A stretch of 64,000 bases of DNA from Octopus sinensis (Eukaryota), in NCBI RefSeq assembly GCF_006345805.1, contig NC_043014.1:55056001-55120000 (forward strand), read 5' to 3'. The notes under the pieces are model-generated. The model was not told the origin of the DNA. It ran no database searches and was given only the letters and a program-made list of their open reading frames with translations. Below, piece by piece: positions 53,116 to 64,000 of the stretch. Both the position numbers and the translations under genes were made by a program. Position 1 is the first letter of the stretch. The number at the start of each line of letters is the position of its first letter.

Positions 53116-54101
53116 TGATAATAATAATAATGATAATAATGTTAACGATAATGAATGGAAGTTAGGTGTGATGATGTAATACAGCAGAAAGAAATGAAAA
53201 ACTGCCTCCAAGGTGAAATATCAAGTTGTTTAAAGTAATTAAATAACATCTCTTAATAACATCCACAAAGGGTCAAGGATTGGACCATTTATCTTAAAGG
53301 TCATGTGGTCAGCACTGAAAATATCTGATGCTAAAAGGGACACACACACACACATACACACAGCCAGAACTGCAAACACAATCCAAAAATAAATTACAAA
53401 AAGGCATGTGTGTGTGTGTGTGTGTGTGTGAGTGTTTGTATATGTGTAGTAACTTTTAGCTTTTGTTTTAGTCTGTTTTAGACTGTGGCCATGCTGGAGC
53501 ACCACTTTAAAGGGTTTAGCCAAACAGACTGACCCCAGCGATTATTCTTTTGTTTTCATCTCCCGTACTTATTCTATCGGTCAGTCCCTGTACTATTTAA
53601 AAAAGAAATAGGTCTTGGTCAGAATTTCCAGCCATGGGGATTCCGTTGCTTTGCCAATTGCATTGAATTAACATGAGAGTGGTTGAGTGTATCACAGTCA
53701 CACTTAACATAAAAACTCACACACATCAAAGGAGATGAAGACATCTGAAGATGACTGGAAACGAAACAAACTGAACCAAGTGCAGATGGAAAATACGAAA
53801 ACAATTTCCATTTCCAAAAGTGGTGTTAAAAGACCGAAATATTTGTATTAATAAACAGAAAATGATAAAAGTGTTTAAAAAAAAATTATTTTAAATCACC
53901 AAAAATTCACCTGGAAATAAAAAAAAATTGTTTAATTATGACTATCATAAATTATGATAAAAACAAATTTGTTTCCTTGTCCCTTTTTCGCAGTTAAAAG
54001 TTACCTTTAACTGATTATAATAAGGAATAACTAAATAAAAATATTAGTACATGTAGTACAGAAATAATTATTAATTAGTACACTTCAAGCTATTATAATT
54101 A

Positions 54102-54273
54102 TTGTATCTGATGGCATATAAGACACACTTAAAAAAAACTTAAAACAAATCACTCTGGGTCCTATATTTAAAGTTGGGGTCTTTTAGTGTTTTAAATACA
54201 CTAAAACCATTGTTTCTTGAAATTGGTGTGCATCTAATACACCCCTGTGTGTCTTTTGTGCCATCAAATATGG
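54102..54273. mobile_element. pogo/Tigger-like MITE
   Basis: TA|ttgtatctgatggcatataagacacac ... gtgtgtcttttgtgccatcaaatatgg|TA: imperfect 27-bp TIRs with TA flanks. Confidence 0.65.
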
Positions 54274-54959
54274 TAAAAGTTGAGATTTGAACAGATATGG
54301 AAGAAGGAAGAAAAAAAGAAATAACACAACTAATAAGACAGTTTTATCATTTCTGTCCCCTCCAACAAAAAAAAAAAAAATAATTCTGGTGAAAAGATCT
54401 CATTTTGGAGATAGGGAGCAGCATTCGGTTCATCATCATTATCGTTTAACGTCCGTTTTCTGTACTAGCACGGGTTGGACGATTCGACCGGGGTCTGGGA
54501 AGCCAGGAGGCTGCACCAGGCTCCAGCCTGATCTGGCACAGTTTCTACAGCTGGATGCTCTTCCTAACGCCAACCACTCTGTGAGTGTAGTGGGTGCTTT
54601 TTACATGCCACCGGCACAGGTGCCAGGGGAGGCTGGAAGCAGCCACAATCGGTTGGTGCTTTTTACATGCCAAACTTCACTTCAAAACATTTTATTTGAA
54701 ATATTCCAATGATGCTGATGAAGATGATGATTCCAATACGTCCAACCAAATAGTCTGAAGGAATTATTTGATTCAAATGATGTATTAGGTACAAGAATGG
54801 CCATGTGATTAAGAGGTGTTTTTCTCAACCTTATGGTTTCAGGTTCTGTCCCAGCTGCTGCTTCTACACTTGCCCAAAGTGCTCTGGGCAAACAAAAGCC
54901 TAGTGAGTGAATTTGGTAGATGGAAACTGAAAGAAGCCCATTGTATATATGTGTGTGTG

Positions 54960-55225
54960 TGTGCTTATTCGTGTCTCCATGTCTTGACATCACATGGTAA
55001 TTGTAAACGAGTGCCACTGTCGCACAAGTGGTGCCATTTGAATCTCTAATCTCCTGTGAAGACATGTCTGGCCATCGGGAAATGTTACCTTGGCTTGAAA
55101 ATAAGCGAGGGTTAGCAACTGCAATAGCACCCAGTCATAGAAAAGAAAATTGCTTCAATGAAATCTGTCTGACCCATGCAAAACATGGAAAAGTGGACAT
55201 TAAAACAACGATGATGATGATGATG
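54960..55225 (+). mobile_element. Further (GAT)n-tailed retroposon family (ends ...ggaaaagtggacattaaaacaacgatgatg)
   Basis: Related copies at ~4860-5060 (plus) and ~38030-38190 (minus) share the acatgtctggcca motif; the 4860 copy shares the tail. Confidence 0.55.
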
Positions 55226-56547
55226 AGAGGGATTGCTTTCATCTCAAAGAAACGAAATCTAGCCATTAATTTGTCCATCCTCTGATTGGTGGGAAGTTTT
55301 CAAATGTGGTTGCCATCAGATATTGAACGGTCTCATTCGAACCTTCAGGCTTCAATACATGCAACAACATTTTCTGTCCATTAGTCTACTCAATCCCTTA
55401 TCTCTTTCTATCTTTGAAAAGGATTTTGCAATTGGAAATCTAAAGTAAAAACCATCAACATTGTTATTTAACATCCACTTTCCATGCTAAATGATGATGA
55501 TGATGATGATGACAATGATGTTTTTTATTGATCACATTATTTTGGTTTCCAAATCAGTTCAAATTTCAGTCACAATACTTCAAATTTCACCTCAACATTT
55601 TTTTTTTCAAAATACCATCAATATAATTTCTGAAAAAAGAAAGTATTAACATTAAAGGAAAAACAAACACACAAACAAACAGAAAATGATTTTTTAACAC
55701 ACGCACAAAAACAAAAAAAAACAAAAAAAGAAAAGAAAATGAAACCAACGTCTAATAATGCTATATATGGTGGTGGGCGAGGTGGAATCTACAAAGATTC
55801 TGATGAACAACCAAAATGCTATTAGTCTCAATATAACTATTATTATTATTATTAAGAATCACAACAAATTCCAAAGGGAAACTGGTCAACACAATCCAAA
55901 ACAAATAAAAAGCAAAAAGTTCTAATAAATTTCTATGGTTATTAGCCATAACGAGGAGACAGGGGCAGTTGTTATCTACAGAGGCAGAGTCTACTTGGGC
56001 CACAAACTCTACATCATCATCTTCCAAGACATCAGCAAGCAGGGGACTTTTGATCTGTGGTATTTATGCCCAATCTAGGATTAGGACCCAAAAATATAGA
56101 AACAGCATCAACCATATACATATATGTATGTATAATTAATTAATTCGTTACAATTAACTTAAGAATTATATCTCACACGCCTGCAGACTTGTTTTGCAAC
56201 TTTCATAGTTCTTCAGTAATAATGGATCAAATATACCCCACTCATATACATACATGCATACATATATATATGATAAAAAGTGAATGGGGTAGAGTGAACT
56301 TGCTGTGAAGAGTAGAATATCCAACGTTTTGGATTCAATCCTTTGTCAGGGCAGACGAAAAAAAAATTTAACTTAAAACAGACATTTACAAAAGCCTCAT
56401 GAAGATTTCTTTTCTCTGCTCTTTGATGAATGATTGAATCCGAAATGTTGCATATTCCACCCCTCACAGCAAGTTCCCCCTACCCCATTCACTTTCTTCC
56501 ATATATTTTCAATTCTTTTCAATGCAGAGCTATCAGATTATTGCCTG

Positions 56548-56581
<34 letters not shown>

Positions 56582-57712
56582 CTTACTCTTGCAAGACTTC
56601 AATCTCTTAAACTTTCAATTGTGGTACCACCTTCAAAAGGTTTTGGCTGAACGTGTCAATATACTGAGCTTTACTTAGTCTAGCACTTATTTTGTCAAAT
56701 GGCTAAGTTCACCTCAGCACAAAAGAACCTAATTTGTACAGAGCAGAGCAAACAGTACAAGGTGTTTTTATATGACAAACTGATTTCTCACTATATCCCA
56801 TTCGTTTCTCTCTCTCCCACACACACACAGAGTATCTGTCTATTAAATACCAATGCTCTGAAAGCACTGGTCAACCTGAGATTGTGGTAAACACTTGTCA
56901 AAAGGTGCCACAGAACAGGACCAGTCTCAGAATCCCATCCTTATAAAGTGACTGTGTATGCAAACTGTCTCTGTTTCAAATTTAATCTTTTTTTTTTTCA
57001 CTCATCATTAATAATTCATTTAAATTATTTTCATTTCATATTTTCTACTTATTTCTTAACGATTGCTATTTGCCAGTGCAATGTGAAGTACACAGTTTCA
57101 ATTCGCCCCCAGTGTACTCAGCTGGAAACGAGTACTACCTGGGTGTTGGTGCAGTTCTCTCTTCCTCCAGCCGTCACATTCTTGATGTTCTGCTGGGACC
57201 AAGATTGAGAGGAGCCCCAAAAAATGTCTATGTCTGCTCATAACTCCATAAACACCTAAAACAATTAGCAAATACAGGGTACATATTACCAAGCCATACT
57301 CACAAGTAGTGACTACAGTTTGTTTACACACACACATAATGATAATTAGTAGTTGTCCCTTAATTAAGTATGAAGTGCCAGGCATATAGCACGGTTTGAT
57401 TAAGGGCACAATGCAATGCCCGCCGGTCTGTCTGCTTGCCTGCCTTGTTGCATGATACAAAGTTTTTGGGCCCACAGAGCCTGTTACCCAACCAAACTCA
57501 ACCCCAGTCCCCAATCACAACAGCAATCAGCATCAGCAGCAACAACAACAGCAACACTAAAAAACAGTTATTAGTTTGTCTTTTTTTTTTTAGCTAATTA
57601 TTACAAAACAAAAAACAAACAAAAGACCAACCAAAAAAAACATTAATAATAAAAACTATGTTATATTAAGTTACATGTTTCCTTCCAACTCAGAAAAAAC
57701 CAAAACCCTCAC

Positions 57713-58174
57713 GGTCGGGTAGGGATGCTTGCTAAAACATGCAAAATCTTATACCCGCTAGTAATCTTCTTCAGGAATTTCGGCTTCTTCGATTTCTCTT
57801 TGTCCTCAAAAGACACTTTCGGCTTCTCAGTGGTCTTCTTCTCAAAAAGTGAGCTCAAAATTGCTATCTTAGACAATTTGAATGGTTTCTTGGCCTTTTC
57901 GGTCGACGAGGGGGCACCACCAGTGTCACAAAACACGGGATTGGGGATGGTCTCCGGAGGCAGAGGAGCTTTTGAGCCCTTACTATACGGATCCCTAGCC
58001 ACTGAGTTTTTCTTGCCACTAGTTTTGCGGTCGAGTGTCATGCTTATAGTAAGGCTCTTGAAGTAAATGGCCGAGGCGTCGGAGGGTGAGTGTCCGCCCA
58101 TGTTTTGCGGTAAGCTGTTGCCATTGCCTATCTCTAGGGGGGCCGTTTTTGTCTTCTTCGCCAGAATTGGTTTG
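57713..58174 (-). CDS. SNRK: 462-nt in-frame Lys/Ser/Pro-rich exon, probably part of SNRK (KPILAKKTKTAPLEI...LASIPTR)
   Basis: Non-repetitive, relatively GC-rich open frame. Acceptor ...ccatttttttgaag|c (phase 2) follows a ~300-nt U-rich tract; donor cc|gtgagg is phase 2; length is divisible by 3 and it splices in frame to 45123 or 22949. No recognisable homology, so assignment to SNRK rests on strand, phase and position. Confidence 0.62.
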
Positions 58175-58825
58175 CTTCAAAAAAATGGTGTAAGGTGAAA
58201 GAATCGAAGCATTAACTTAAAAATTAAGAAGAATAAATGAAGAAATAAAAAAAATAAAATAAAACATTAAAAAAATATATAAAGAAATAAATAAAATGAA
58301 AATAAAATAAAATACAAAATAAAGCAAAATAATAGTGAGATATCGATTCAATGAATACAGAAAAAAACAAAAAAAAAACAAACAGAAATAAAATTTAAAA
58401 AAAGCAGAAACAATTAACTGATAGCATTAACGACAATAAATAATGAGCTGTTTTATTGCCACAGGGGCAATTAATGGGAGGAGGAGACATTACAAGGATG
58501 AATTACCAGAAAAAAAAAAAAAAATGGTGGGTGGATGGTGGTGTCACATGGCACGGGGGGGGGCGGAAGATGTGACAGAGACACCAATAATGAGAACACA
58601 TAGACAATGATGCCGGGGACCCAGGAGGGGGAGAAAAACTCCCTTTGCATTTGTCAAAGCGACCAGCATGGAAAAATGACAAATAGTACGGCAATAACAA
58701 TAATAATAATGATAGGGGCTGGGATAACAGCAACAACAAGAATGACAATAATAATAGCAACAACAACAACAACAAATATCAATAAATTACAATAACAGAA
58801 CTACAACAATCATATATGTGTATGC

Positions 58826-58872
<47 letters not shown>

Positions 58873-58968
58873 CAATAATAAAAGGGTAAAATTAATTAAT
58901 TATTAATTAATAATTTTACCAAGTAGTGCCCAGTATGTAAAAAGACCATTTACGGTATATTTAAAACA

Positions 58969-59099
58969 TTACGTTATATAATTAGGGTTCAGTAAAATAA
59001 TTTACACACCGAACCTTAAAAAATTTTTGGTTGCTATTTCTAAAAGTTCGGTGTGTGGTAAAGTAAATTATTTTACTGAACCCTAATTATATAAGGTAA
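58969..59099. repeat. Inverted repeat (30-bp perfect arms plus 11-bp inner arms)
   Basis: ttatataattagggttcagtaaaataattt / aaattattttactgaaccctaattatataa and acacaccgaac / gttcggtgtgt. Confidence 0.9.
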
Positions 59100-59120
59100 C
59101 ATATATATATATATATATAG

Positions 59121-59151
<31 letters not shown>

Positions 59152-59233
59152 ATATATATATACTGGAGTAAACACATAAATGTGAAACAAGGTGGAAAAA
59201 AGGGTACTCAAATACCAGGGGTAGAGTAATATG

Positions 59234-59390
59234 CTTTATTTAAAGCAGCAGAAAATTCAACAAAACCTGTTACTTTGAGTTTCATGTTGCCGTTCATCGG
59301 ACAGTTTTTTCTAGCAAAAACTGTCCGATGAACGGCAACGTGAAACTCAGAGTAACAGGTTTTGTTGAATTTTCTGCTGCTTTAAATAAA

Positions 59391-59391
<1 letters not shown>
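59234..59391. repeat. Near-perfect fold-back (about 76-bp arms) of a Penelope-like terminal repeat
   Basis: ctttatttaaagcagcag...ggacagttttt-ctagc-aaaaactgtcc...ctgctgctttaaataaag, with 2 mismatches. Confidence 0.9.
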
Positions 59392-59427
<36 letters not shown>

Positions 59428-59813
59428 TACAAGCACACATATATACATGTATATGTGTAGTGGAGCCATACAATGGTACCGTGGTTAAGAGAGTGAGGCC
59501 TGAGGCGGGGGCAGTGGGGCAGGAGGAAAAACCATAGCTTGGGATGAAAACAAAGAAATCTCGTCTGAGATTAATAATTTTAATTCCATACATGTAATTA
59601 ACAAAAAAAAAAAAAATAATAAATAAAAGAAAATTTGAAATCTTGAAATATTATTTGGCTGAATATGAATTTTAAAATTCTCAAAATAATTGATAATTTT
59701 TTTCAGAATTTTATTCCGTAGTTATTAACAATTATTGCTGTCATTATTATTATTATCATTATTATTATTATCATCATCATCACTACTACTATCGCTGCTA
59801 CTACTACAACTAT

Positions 59814-59846
<33 letters not shown>

Positions 59847-60576
59847 AGGCAGTGAGCTGGCGGGCAAAATGCTTAGCGGTATTTCGTCTGCCACTACATT
59901 CTGAGTTCAAATTCCACTGAAGTCAACTTTGCCTTTCATCCTTTCAGGGGTCAATAAATTAATTACCAGTTGAGTACTGGGGTTGGTGTAATTGACTTAT
60001 CCCCTACCATAAAATTGCTGGCCTTGTGCCAAAATCTGAAACCATTATTATTATTATTGTTGTTATTATTAATATTATCATTATTAAGGTGGCAAGCTTA
60101 TGCGTGCGTGTATACATGTATACACACACACATACATATATATATATATACACATACATGTATACACACACACATATATATACACATACATGTATACACA
60201 CACACACATATATAATTATCACCTATCAACAACAACTAAGAAAAAATATTTCACAACAAGCAATAGATGTTAATGTAATGTTAAGTTGAAGACTTCATTC
60301 TTTGAAGTAGAAGAGGAATTAGATATCCATTTTGGATGGAATTTAGAATGGTAGTAGCGGTGATAGTATGACCACGGGCATGTTCTGGTGTATCCAGCAC
60401 CACAAGACCTTCGATGGGTGGAGATGTTAACACATGTGTGCATATATCTTGGAACAAAAAGAAATATGATTGAGACTAAGTGCCAAGCGAAGAATTTCAA
60501 ACCAGCAGATCAAAAGAATTCCGGTAGACAGGAATCGTGTTCTTTCACGTTTTGGAGATTTATCTACTATTATTAA

Positions 60577-60607
<31 letters not shown>

Positions 60608-61109
60608 TATTATTATTATTATTAATCTTTTTCTGGCAGAAACCCCGAGGAAGATAAATCACATTTTATTAAGTTTGTATTCTATTTTGCTGTCAATAGC
60701 ATGTCTTTTAACTTTGATTCAGTTGTCAGTGAAATTATAGAAGGGAAACACATCAAAGCGAGGCCTTAACAAGAACGACTACAGTGATATATTTCAAACT
60801 ACAAACCTAACAACAACAACCAACAGCAAACTGATATTAAAAAGTCTTCAGTCGAAGTCTCATTTTCTCGCTTTTTCTCATCTCTTGCTTAAAATATAGA
60901 CCCATTTCATAAATAAGCTGATGCCATCTTTCCTCTTGTATTAAAATAGTAAGCTGGCATTTTTACAATAAATATTTTCACCAACAGTTGAACCGAACCA
61001 AACCAAATTGAGTTGTTACACAGGCTAACGATAATGTAGAGTAAAGTTACTTGCTCAAGATCTCAGTGTAATATTGTAGCAATGTTTTGATCCAGAACCA
61101 TTTTTGCAA

Positions 61110-61603
61110 TGTCACGACATGCATAAGATCTGGTCATCAAATCTAAGTAGAGACTTCAAACTTGAAATCTTCAAAGCCACAGTTGAACCAATTCTACGAT
61201 ACGGCTCAGAAACTTGGACGTTATCAAAGAATCTTGAGAGGCGGTTGGATGGAACCTACACACGCCTCCTTATGATAGCTCAAAATCTCTCGTGGAAGCA
61301 CCATCCAACCAAAATGCAAATATATGGGAAACTACCACCTGTGTCATCTCTTGTGAAAGGTAGGAGAGTCCAGTTTCCTGGACATTGTTGTAGAGCTGAA
61401 AACGAGGCAATTTCTACTCTTCTCCTCTGGAAGCCATCTACTCGCAATACCAGAGGGCGCACACTCTCCTACCCTGATGTAATCTCCAGGGATACAGGCA
61501 TCCAGCAACAGGACCTCCGTAATGCCATGATGGACCGTGAAGTCTGGCGTAGCATGGTAAATTCCATTGTCTCAACCACGGTTGAACAATGATGATGATG
61601 ATG
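61110..61603 (+). mobile_element. 5'-truncated RTE/RTEX-type LINE 3' end
   Basis: ORF with post-RT motifs (VEPILRYGSETWTL, GHCCR, AMMDREVWR), (GAT)n tail and 10-bp TSD atttttgcaa (61100-61109 and 61604-61613). Confidence 0.9.
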
Positions 61604-62409
61604 ATTTTTGCAAGAGATAGGATGGTTTTTTATGAACACTAGATGCCTGCCTCTCATGCCATTAGTGAGGGCATGTGGTTTATTGGTTAGAGTAATTGAC
61701 TCAGTTGTGAGTTCAATTCTGGGCAATGTGTTATGTCCTTGAGCAAGACACTTTATTCCACATTGCTCCATTCCATTCAGCTGGCAAAAGTGAGTTGTAC
61801 CAGTAATTCAAAAAAGGCCGGCCTTGTCACACTGAAACCCCCTGAGAACTAACATTAAGGATATGCGTGTCTGTGGAGTACTCAGCCACTTGCACATTAA
61901 TTCCACAGGCTGGCTGTTTCACTGATTGGATCAACCAGAACCCCTGGTAGTCATGACCAACAGAATGCCAGCCATGTCATTAACCTTCCACAGTCCAAGA
62001 AGTATAAACGGAATTTGTCTTTTATCCATTTTGTTGCCATATTTCTGTTGGAAAATACTGTTGTTATTTTAATTAGTTTTAAAACTAACGAAGAACTTTG
62101 TAAAATAATTTTGTCGTTATTCAACTGATATTTGGAACAAAACTTAACATGAAATCTCGAGGGAAGATTTTAATTTAGATTCTTCGAAGCCTTTTGTTAC
62201 CAAATTCTTAGAGAAATACACTAGCTGTGTTGCAATTAATTCTGAAAATAACCAAGACTTAAGTAAAATAATTCAGCATTAATCTGGTGTTTGGAACACA
62301 AATTAACATGAAATCTTGGTGGAGGGTTCTAATTTCAGTCACTTTAAAACAGAAAGTTTGTCTGATAAAACCAAGAGTGGATTCTGACAGGTTGGTATTG
62401 AAACGGTTA

Positions 62410-62608
62410 GGCGGCGAGCTGGCAGAAACATAAGCACGCCGGGCGAAATGCGTAGCCGTATTTCGTCTGTCGTTACGTTGTGAGTTCAAATTCCGCCAAG
62501 GTCGACTTTGCCTTTCATCCTTTCGGGGTCGATGTAATCGACTTAATACCTATGTCTGTCTTTGTTTGTCCCCTCTATGTTTAGCCCCTTGTGGGTAATA
62601 AAGAAATA
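62410..62608 (+). mobile_element. SINE family B with 16-bp TSD, inserted into the terminus of a piggyBac-like MITE
   Basis: TSD ggtattgaaacggtta (62394-62409 and 62609-62624), which is itself the MITE end (...gaaacggttaa). Carries an internal deletion between two ggggtcgat repeats. Confidence 0.88.
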
Positions 62609-62927
62609 GGTATTGAAACGGTTAAGGTAGGTTAGAGTGAGGCAAAGAGTGTTATGTGCCATACCTAGACGACAGACACCACGGTTGACTGTTGCTAGTT
62701 TATGACCTCACTGGAAAAAGTGAAATCTAATAGGGGTTGCTTGGATTGTGGGTTTTATTATTAATGGAATGACATTACTAATGTCAACTCTGATATCCTG
62801 CCTCATACACAAGTGCTACACCAGAAATGCTAAACAAGAATATTAGCTAGAAAAATCTATACCAGTTTTAATTAAGGAAAAACAAGAAAATAAATTGCAT
62901 TTAGCTGTGCATATGTACATGGTATGG

Positions 62928-63630
<703 letters not shown>

Positions 63631-64000
63631 ATGGGTGTGTTACAAACACATATGTGAAAGCTATGCAAACTTTGGAATGAAGAAACTAATCTAATTGTGT
63701 AACAGACCATATCAGGAAAGTTGAAAGTTGATAGAATAATGACTAAACCAAACTGGTTCCATCATTTAAGGAATGGTCAGTGTTCTGGCTGGCAATCTAG
63801 CTAACATTCAGAAGCTATAAATAAAACGTTCTATGAGACAAATTCTATTGCATTCTATTGCATGCATAGTACTGTAAGAGGAGGGGAAAATAACAAAAAA
63901 TAAGAGGAGGAGGAGGAGGAAGAAAAAGGAAAACTGGACTCCTAAGAGAATTTGTCGCAAAGATATCATACAAAAATGTGGTATGAGCAAGTACAGTATT

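Noticed and set aside
55761-56060. Acidic peptide IKSPLLADVLEDDDVEFVAQ on the minus strand
   Set aside because: Weak acceptor, wrong phase for SNRK, no good donor.
60270-60500. Possible minus-strand exon (acceptor ...tttctttttgttccaag| at ~60450; ICTHVLTSPPIEG...)
   Set aside because: Phase-1 entry, no convincing donor, no kinase or UBA motif.

Overview
Eukaryotic, AT-rich, repeat-dense genomic DNA. The SINE families, microsatellite load and large introns point to an octopus (coleoid cephalopod) genome; this is inference from repeat content. There is one 100-N gap at 86-185. The only protein-coding gene I can support is the 3' half of an SNRK (SNF-related kinase) orthologue on the minus strand: a large terminal exon (21605-22949, ending ...KCCSLV*), a 36-nt in-frame microexon (45088-45123) and a 462-nt in-frame exon (57713-58174), all joined by phase-2 introns. 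The kinase and UBA exons are not visible and presumably lie beyond 64000. A SINE-free, probable 3' UTR of about 5 kb follows the stop codon. The rest is tRNA-derived SINEs (at least four families), a 5'-truncated RTE-type LINE, non-autonomous DNA elements (piggyBac-, hAT-, pogo/Tigger-, mariner- and Helitron-like), fold-back palindromes and (TA)n/(GATA)n arrays. Most ORFs in the supplied track are repeat or microsatellite artefacts. The most interesting signals are: (i) minimal Penelope-type hammerhead-ribozyme motifs in four unrelated repeat families, including a tRNA-headed SINE with a hammerhead tail that twice occurs as an inverted pair; (ii) modular, frame-preserving exons in SNRK plus a C-terminal CCaaX motif; (iii) many near-perfect hairpins in the pre-mRNA. 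All family names and homologies come from recall of motifs, not database searches, and repeat boundaries are approximate unless target-site duplications (TSDs) are given.
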